Source of the DNA: Methanobacteriota archaeon
Lineage (GTDB): Archaea > Hydrothermarchaeota > Hydrothermarchaeia > Hydrothermarchaeales > JACRDW01
Reading direction: 5' to 3'
DNA: 11,011 nt
Assembly (NCBI GenBank): GCA_043820925.1
Contig: JBDRDL010000015.1
Span: forward strand, 1-11,011
The position numbers and the translations under genes were made by a program. Below are positions 5,653 through 11,011 of this stretch, in pieces. Each line of letters opens with the position of its first letter. The stretch's first letter is position 1. The notes beneath the pieces are model-generated. The model did no database searches, was not told where the DNA came from, and saw only the letters and a list, made by a program, of their open reading frames with translations.

Positions 5653-5997
5653 ATGACACCTATACAGCTGCTCGGCGTCGTATTCGCAATTGCGATGATA
5701 TACCTGACGTATGTCTACTACAAAAAGAAGATATTCATTTACTACGACGCTCTAATCTGGATATATGTCTGGGTTGCCCTTCTCTTCGCTGTTTTGTTTC
5801 CATACAGGCTGGACGTAATAATACAGCCTCTGAAAATCATTAGAGTCATGGACTTGTTTACAATAGGGGCAGTTTTCCTGCTTTTTGCCATTGTCTTTGT
5901 TGTTTTTGCTAAGTCGAGATACAGCGAGAGAAGGATTGAAGCTATCGTCAAGGAACTCGCACTTGCGAAGCGAGAGTGGGAGAAGGAAGAGAAATAA
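5653..5997 (+). CDS. DUF2304-like small membrane protein
   Basis: Three hydrophobic helices followed by a coiled-coil tail (SERRIEAIVKELALAK), typical of DUF2304 proteins beside GT2 genes. ATG at 5653 is preferred on RBS spacing; the ORF track starts at GTG 5638. Confidence 0.75.
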   Translation: MTPIQLLGVVFAIAMIYLTYVYYKKKIFIYYDALIWIYVWVALLFAVLFPYRLDVIIQPLKIIRVMDLFTIGAVFLLFAIVFVVFAKSRYSERRIEAIVKELALAKREWEKEEK

Positions 5998-6986
5998 TGG
6001 AGACTCAGCCGTTAGTTTCCATAGTAATTCCAACTTACAACTCAGAAAAAACTATTGCTGCGGCTTTAGACGCAGTATATGCGCAGGAGTATCCGCTAGA
6101 TAAAATTGAAGTAATAATAATCGATGACTTCTCTACCGATGCCACGCTTAAAAAAGCAGAGGAATATAGAAGAAAATTTCCAAATTTTAAAACTCCGAGA
6201 AAGACGAGCAGGAAAGGGGCTGCTGCAAGTACAAATCAGGGTATTGCAGAATCTACTGGAGAGATAGTTTGCTCTATAGACTCGGACACTATAATTTCAA
6301 AAAACTGGGTTAAATTAGCTGTCCAAAAATTCACAGACCCAAACGTGGGAGCAGTTGCAGGATTAATAGAAAGTGCGAACAGCCACAGCATATGGGCAAG
6401 ATTCATGGGTGCTGAACTGGAAGATAGATATGGGAGGATAAAAGGCAAAAGCGTGGACCATGTGAGTACATGCGGCACTGCCTACAGGAAGGAGGCTCTA
6501 CTGGAAGTCAAAGGCTTTGATGAAGACTACAAATATGGATATGATAATGACGCATCCTACAAACTTACAAAAAAAGGTTATAAAATTTATCTGCTTGGGG
6601 ATATAAGCTGCAAACACCACTGGAAGGAATCGCTGCTTGGATACTTAACTCAGCAATTCAATGTTGCATATTATCGCCTACTCTTAATAGATAAATATTC
6701 AGAGAAATTAAGGGGGGATGCTATATCTGGCATAAAGATGCTCATTCAAGTGCCAGTAACAGGGCTGGCTGTAGTAATAGCTATTTTTAATATCAAAATT
6801 TCACTGCTCTTGCTTCTCTCTATTCTTCTTATGCAAGCACCCCAAACTATCAGAGTTATAAAGAGAAAAAAAGACCGCTCATTCTTAATTTTTCCTTTTT
6901 TCTTGCTATTGAGGAACCTGACGTGGTTATCTGCATCTATAGCATATCTTTTTAAAATTTATTATATAATGCCAAAAAAACTTTGA
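5997..6986 (+). CDS. Glycosyltransferase family 2 with C-terminal transmembrane helices
   Basis: VSIVIPTYN, IIDDFSTD, the DxD motif IDSD and GFDE. Hydrophobic C-terminus. ATG at 5997 overlaps the upstream TAA (TAATG); the ORF track extends to GTG 5976. Confidence 0.92.
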   Translation: METQPLVSIVIPTYNSEKTIAAALDAVYAQEYPLDKIEVIIIDDFSTDATLKKAEEYRRKFPNFKTPRKTSRKGAAASTNQGIAESTGEIVCSIDSDTIISKNWVKLAVQKFTDPNVGAVAGLIESANSHSIWARFMGAELEDRYGRIKGKSVDHVSTCGTAYRKEALLEVKGFDEDYKYGYDNDASYKLTKKGYKIYLLGDISCKHHWKESLLGYLTQQFNVAYYRLLLIDKYSEKLRGDAISGIKMLIQVPVTGLAVVIAIFNIKISLLLLLSILLMQAPQTIRVIKRKKDRSFLIFPFFLLLRNLTWLSASIAYLFKIYYIMPKKL

Positions 6987-6996
6987 GGCTGGTAAA

Positions 6997-8415
6997 ATGA
7001 AGGTAATCTACGTAATCCCGCCGAAATTTAAAGGAAAAATTCCAGAAAGGATATATGGATGCTCCTATACTTTATACCCCATTCCTAACTTAGCTATATT
7101 ATATTCGGCTGCGGTGCTTGAAAAAGCAGGGCATAACATTAAAATAATGGATGCCTGCGCAGATAATATTTCGCAGGAAGAATTCATCAAAATTTTAGAA
7201 GGTGACTGCGACTATTATATTTTCCACTCAGTACTGCTGTCCGCAGAAGTCGATAAAAAAGCGGCTGCCGAGATAATTAAGTTGAAAAGCGATGCATCGA
7301 TAATATTTTTCGGTCCGCATCCAACGTATGCACCGAAGGAATTTTTACTTAATGAAAATTGTGTGGTAGCCAGGGGGGAAGCAGAGTTCATAATAGAGGA
7401 GATTGCAGGAGGGAAAGAACAGTCAAAAATAAAAGGGATTAGTTTTTTAGAAAATGGAAAAGTAAAAAACAATGAAACCGCAGGAGTAATCGAGGACATA
7501 AACAAAATACCTTTCCCAGCAAGGCATCTCCTTGAAGCAAAAAAATATTTCAATCCGAAGTTGGGCAGTGAAAAGTTTACGAACGTTTTGTCGGGCAGGG
7601 GCTGCGCCTATAAATGCTACTTCTGCGTTCCGAATTCTATAAGCTGGGCGAGGGGGCTGGAATGGAAGAAATATAACGACGGAAAGCCTTCTGTAACGCT
7701 GAGGTCTGCTGAAAATGTGGTTGAGGAAGTAACCAGCTTAGCAAATGAAGGCTACGAGCAAATATCTTTTATAGACGACCAATTCGTTTGGAAAAAAGAA
7801 AGAGTCTTGAAAATTTGCGAGGGCATCAAAAACCTTAAAATAAACTTTGGAATTCTGGCGAGGGCAGATTATCTAACAGATGAAGCTGTCGTAAAAGCCT
7901 TGGCTGAAGCCGGCTGCAAATACGTTGATATCGGGGCTGAATCCTTTAATCAAGAAATCCTGAATGATGTCCATAAAAATCTAAATATCGGCGATGTATA
8001 CAAAGCTATTAACGTACTAAACAAATACAAAATAACGCCAAAGCTAAATATAATGTTCGGGAGTTCGCCGCTGGAATCAAAAGATACCATTAAGCAAACA
8101 ATTGAAGAGACTAAAAGACTGGACATCGGATACGTGATGTTCTCGATTTGTACGCCTTTCCCAGGTACAGAATTCGAGAAAGCTGCAAGAGAAAATCGAT
8201 GGCTGGTCGAAGATAACGCATACAATCTAGACCCCGCCAGAAAGGCTCTCGTCTCATATCCAGCTTTATCTTCGAGTGAGCTGGAAGAATATGTAAGAAA
8301 AGCGAATAGAGAGTTTTACTTAAGACCGAAAATAATCAAATTGCACCTTAAAAAAATTGGGTCGATTGCTGAATTGATGCAAAACATTAAAACTGCCCTG
8401 AGGCTGCTGAGATGA
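6997..8415 (+). CDS. B12-binding domain radical SAM protein
   Basis: 472 aa. N-terminal cobalamin-binding-type domain (LAILYSAAVLEKAGH, FFGPHPT, RGEAE), GRGCAYKCYFC (CxxxCxxC), FIDDQF, IGAES and TPFPGT. Confidence 0.92.
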   Translation: MKVIYVIPPKFKGKIPERIYGCSYTLYPIPNLAILYSAAVLEKAGHNIKIMDACADNISQEEFIKILEGDCDYYIFHSVLLSAEVDKKAAAEIIKLKSDASIIFFGPHPTYAPKEFLLNENCVVARGEAEFIIEEIAGGKEQSKIKGISFLENGKVKNNETAGVIEDINKIPFPARHLLEAKKYFNPKLGSEKFTNVLSGRGCAYKCYFCVPNSISWARGLEWKKYNDGKPSVTLRSAENVVEEVTSLANEGYEQISFIDDQFVWKKERVLKICEGIKNLKINFGILARADYLTDEAVVKALAEAGCKYVDIGAESFNQEILNDVHKNLNIGDVYKAINVLNKYKITPKLNIMFGSSPLESKDTIKQTIEETKRLDIGYVMFSICTPFPGTEFEKAARENRWLVEDNAYNLDPARKALVSYPALSSSELEEYVRKANREFYLRPKIIKLHLKKIGSIAELMQNIKTALRLLR

Positions 8416-9527
8416 AAATTGTATTTTTACATTCTCATTTTTTGTATTACGGCGGCCCTGCCAGATTTTACTACGAAGTTCTATCCAGAATGAAAAAAGA
8501 AGCTGAAGTAAAAATAATTGTACAAAAAGCATCTCAAGAAATAAAAAATCGATTTAAAGAATTTGAATTAGTTGAAACTGGCTATCCTGTCTCAAGTCAA
8601 GCAATGCATTGGCTTCTTTTACCTGCCATCATTAAAAAAATGAGTGAGAGAATAAAAAAAGAAATAGATGATGAAGATATTTTAATCCCCCACATTTTTC
8701 CTTTGACCTGCGCAATCCAAAATCTCAAAAATCCGAAAATTTGGTACTGCCACGAACCATTCAGATTCTTATATGATTCAATTCAAACAAAATCTCTGGG
8801 CTGGAGAGGTGCTGGCTTTTTCCTATTTGGCAGGTTCTTCCAGCATTTAGACAAAAAAGGGGTTGCTCAAATGGATAAAATACTCTGCAACAGCAGCTTT
8901 ACATCAGAACAGATTAGAGGAATATACCGCCGGGATGCAGAAGTTGTAAGTCCTGGCGTGGATATAGAGAAATTTAAACCTGCGGGAATAGAAGCGGATG
9001 AAAGGTACATATTTACACTCAATAAACTATACCCAACGAAAGGAGTTGACCTGCTCATATATGCATTCAAAAAACTAATTGAAGAGAATGAAGAAATTTC
9101 TTTATACATCGGCGGCGAAGGCGAGGATAGGCGCAGACTAGAAAACATTGTAAAGGATTTAAATCTTGAAGAAAAAGTTATCTTCTTAGGATTCGTTCCT
9201 GAGGATAAATTGATAGAGTACTATCAAAAAAGCTTATTTGTAGTTTATCCTGCTATAATGGAGCCGTTCGGAATGGTACCTCTAGAAGCTATGGCGTGCG
9301 AAAAACCTGTGGTTGCATGTAAAGGAGGAGGACCAGAAGAAACGATAATAGATGGAGTAACTGGATATCTGGTAAACCCCACTGCCGATGAAATTTCTGG
9401 CGCCATTAAAAAACTAATTTTGGATGAGGAAAATAGAAATCTGATGGGTAAAAATGCCAGAGAGCACGTTAAAGTCAACTACACCTGGGATAGAACTGTT
9501 GAGGGCATACTGAATGCATTAACCTAA
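8412..9527 (+). CDS. Glycosyltransferase family 4 (GT-B, retaining)
   Basis: 371 aa. YGGPAR, CNSSFT, PGVD, KGVDLLI, the EPFGMVPLEAMAC (Ex7E) motif and DGVTGYLV. ATGA overlap with the radical SAM gene. Confidence 0.95.
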   Translation: MKIVFLHSHFLYYGGPARFYYEVLSRMKKEAEVKIIVQKASQEIKNRFKEFELVETGYPVSSQAMHWLLLPAIIKKMSERIKKEIDDEDILIPHIFPLTCAIQNLKNPKIWYCHEPFRFLYDSIQTKSLGWRGAGFFLFGRFFQHLDKKGVAQMDKILCNSSFTSEQIRGIYRRDAEVVSPGVDIEKFKPAGIEADERYIFTLNKLYPTKGVDLLIYAFKKLIEENEEISLYIGGEGEDRRRLENIVKDLNLEEKVIFLGFVPEDKLIEYYQKSLFVVYPAIMEPFGMVPLEAMACEKPVVACKGGGPEETIIDGVTGYLVNPTADEISGAIKKLILDEENRNLMGKNAREHVKVNYTWDRTVEGILNALT

Positions 9528-11011
9528 CCTCTCTTATATATTCTCACGTTGCCGCTGTCATATACGATCGGCAAATCATCAACATAGGGCATCGGATAAC
9601 GTACTATACTGGCTCTTTTTTCAATAATATTCGATATCAGATAAAATTCTGCTTTATCGGGTCCTGCAAATTTCCTCTTATTAAAAGTATCAATGTCTGA
9701 GAAATGGGTAAAAACTGTTATTAGACGTTCATCTATGTCCATCCACACACCTTCGCCTCCGTGATTTGCTCCAATCCAGTCAATGCTCTTTTTTTCCTGC
9801 GTCGTATAAAACATCCAGTTATTACTTGCAACTGGATCATTAGTTGCTTTTAAAAGCGAAGCTGCTACAAAAACGAGAATCAATGCTGCAAAAATAGTTT
9901 TAATAACCTTTCGCTGGCGCTCATTCAATCTGTGATGACTTATAATGTCTATTATGCTCATACTCGCCAAGGGAACAGCAAAGAACATGAGCACCGGGAA
10001 AACCCTGAGTTCTAAATTGTAAAATACGCCAAACCTATCCGCAAGTATGGTGATAAGGAGCTGAATACTAAAGGCCAGGTAGAACATCAGCAGCAGTAGC
10101 ATGGGGCTGGACAAGCGCTGCTTCTTCCAGAAAAATTTGTAAACCAAGTAAGCCCAAGCTGCAAAAGACAGCGGAGCTATTACCCAGTTGAATAGCGTTA
10201 GTATGAGCCACGCTTTAAACGAGACCCACGTTTGGAAAATGTATGCGTATTGCGGTGTAACGTGATGCTCTGTCGCAAGAAGTAGAGCACCCGCTTTTTC
10301 CTGTAATGTGTCGAACGTATAAAGTAAGCTTCTTGAGGGCGTATAAAGGTAAAACATGTATGAGAAAAAGAATATCGTACTGGTTGCAGAGGTATAAGCC
10401 AGTCTTTTAAGCGATGCACTCACCTGGGGTATTTCAGAAATTAAATATCCGATTATAAAAGCGACAGTAACTGCGAAAATATATGTTGCGGCAAAGAAGA
10501 AATTATAGGAGATCATCCCGAGGATAGAAATGTAGAAGAGAAGAATATAATACATAAATTCTTTAACATTTCCTCTCCTGGAAAAGGACCTGCTCAGGAA
10601 GAACATCGACAGCAAAACCATCGAGTATGTGAATTTCTCGTGCGTACCGCGGGATGTGGTAAATAAGAAATCTGGCTGCAGGCTCAATAAAAATGCTGAC
10701 AGCAAGGCAATTTTTTTGCTGTCTGTTAACTCTAAAAAGGCTATATATGAAAGAACCGCAATAACAACCCCAAAAATTGGAAGAACATACGTCTGCAGCG
10801 TTAAGACCGAAATGCCGCTTAAATCAGACAGCATGACCATTATCGTTGGATGTCCGGGACCATTTCCATATATTAATCCGGTAGGAAAAATCGTGGCCTG
10901 GTCTTGGACGACCTGAGCGAATTTGGTCATCCTGCTGGTATCGCCCTCCATCCAGCGTCCAGCATAGCGCAGTATAAAATATAAATGTGAAGATAATGCA
11001 TAAATGCAAAT
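9524..11011 (-). CDS. Polytopic membrane protein, probable GT-C-fold glycosyltransferase-like; 5' end lies outside the window
   Basis: The frame stays open from 10951 to the window edge (ICIYALSSHLYFILRYAGRWMEGD...). About 10 hydrophobic segments, an acidic EGD after the first visible TM, a polar SRGTHEK loop, and a soluble C-terminus ending VYDSGNVRIYKR. Stop overlaps the GT4 stop. Confidence 0.65.
   Translation of the reverse strand: MCIYALSSHLYFILRYAGRWMEGDTSRMTKFAQVVQDQATIFPTGLIYGNGPGHPTIMVMLSDLSGISVLTLQTYVLPIFGVVIAVLSYIAFLELTDSKKIALLSAFLLSLQPDFLFTTSRGTHEKFTYSMVLLSMFFLSRSFSRRGNVKEFMYYILLFYISILGMISYNFFFAATYIFAVTVAFIIGYLISEIPQVSASLKRLAYTSATSTIFFFSYMFYLYTPSRSLLYTFDTLQEKAGALLLATEHHVTPQYAYIFQTWVSFKAWLILTLFNWVIAPLSFAAWAYLVYKFFWKKQRLSSPMLLLLMFYLAFSIQLLITILADRFGVFYNLELRVFPVLMFFAVPLASMSIIDIISHHRLNERQRKVIKTIFAALILVFVAASLLKATNDPVASNNWMFYTTQEKKSIDWIGANHGGEGVWMDIDERLITVFTHFSDIDTFNKRKFAGPDKAEFYLISNIIEKRASIVRYPMPYVDDLPIVYDSGNVRIYKRG

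Noticed and set aside
6997..8415. Specific assignment of the radical SAM as HpnJ, BchE or a GDGT ring synthase
   Set aside because: Only family-level motifs are visible, so a specific orthology cannot be supported without a search.
200..10916. Numerous short alternative-frame or antisense ORFs (e.g. 200-475, 1673-1864, 2543-2728, 3019-3258, 4529-4792, 4823-5122, 5752-6033, 7215-7553, 8867-9148, 10629-10916)
   Set aside because: All overlap well-supported genes, lack recognisable motifs and have the composition of shadow frames.

Overview
Archaeal (Euryarchaeota-like) window, judged from TATA/BRE promoters, GGTGA-type RBSs and archaeal protein families. Left to right: (i) the start of a minus-strand operon of class III signal peptide (type IV pilin-like) surface proteins; (ii) three stacked type II toxin-antitoxin modules (RelBE-like, RHH-like/VapC, AbrB/VapC); (iii) an exosortase/archaeosortase-family membrane protein whose catalytic Cys position is Ser; (iv) an archaeal AAA+/wHTH ATPase; (v) a surface-glycosylation operon (DUF2304-like, GT2, B12-binding radical SAM, GT4) converging on a 5'-truncated GT-C-like polytopic membrane protein. 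Main structure not explained by the genes: a 753-bp IS66-like non-autonomous element (1494-2246; imperfect terminal inverted repeats, 7/8 target-site duplication, collapsed transposase mini-ORF) that carries the RelBE pair and appears to have split the pilin-like operon from its own promoter, and an exact 44-bp direct repeat at the 3' ends of the two otherwise diverged vapC genes. All family calls are from motif recognition by eye; no database search was run.
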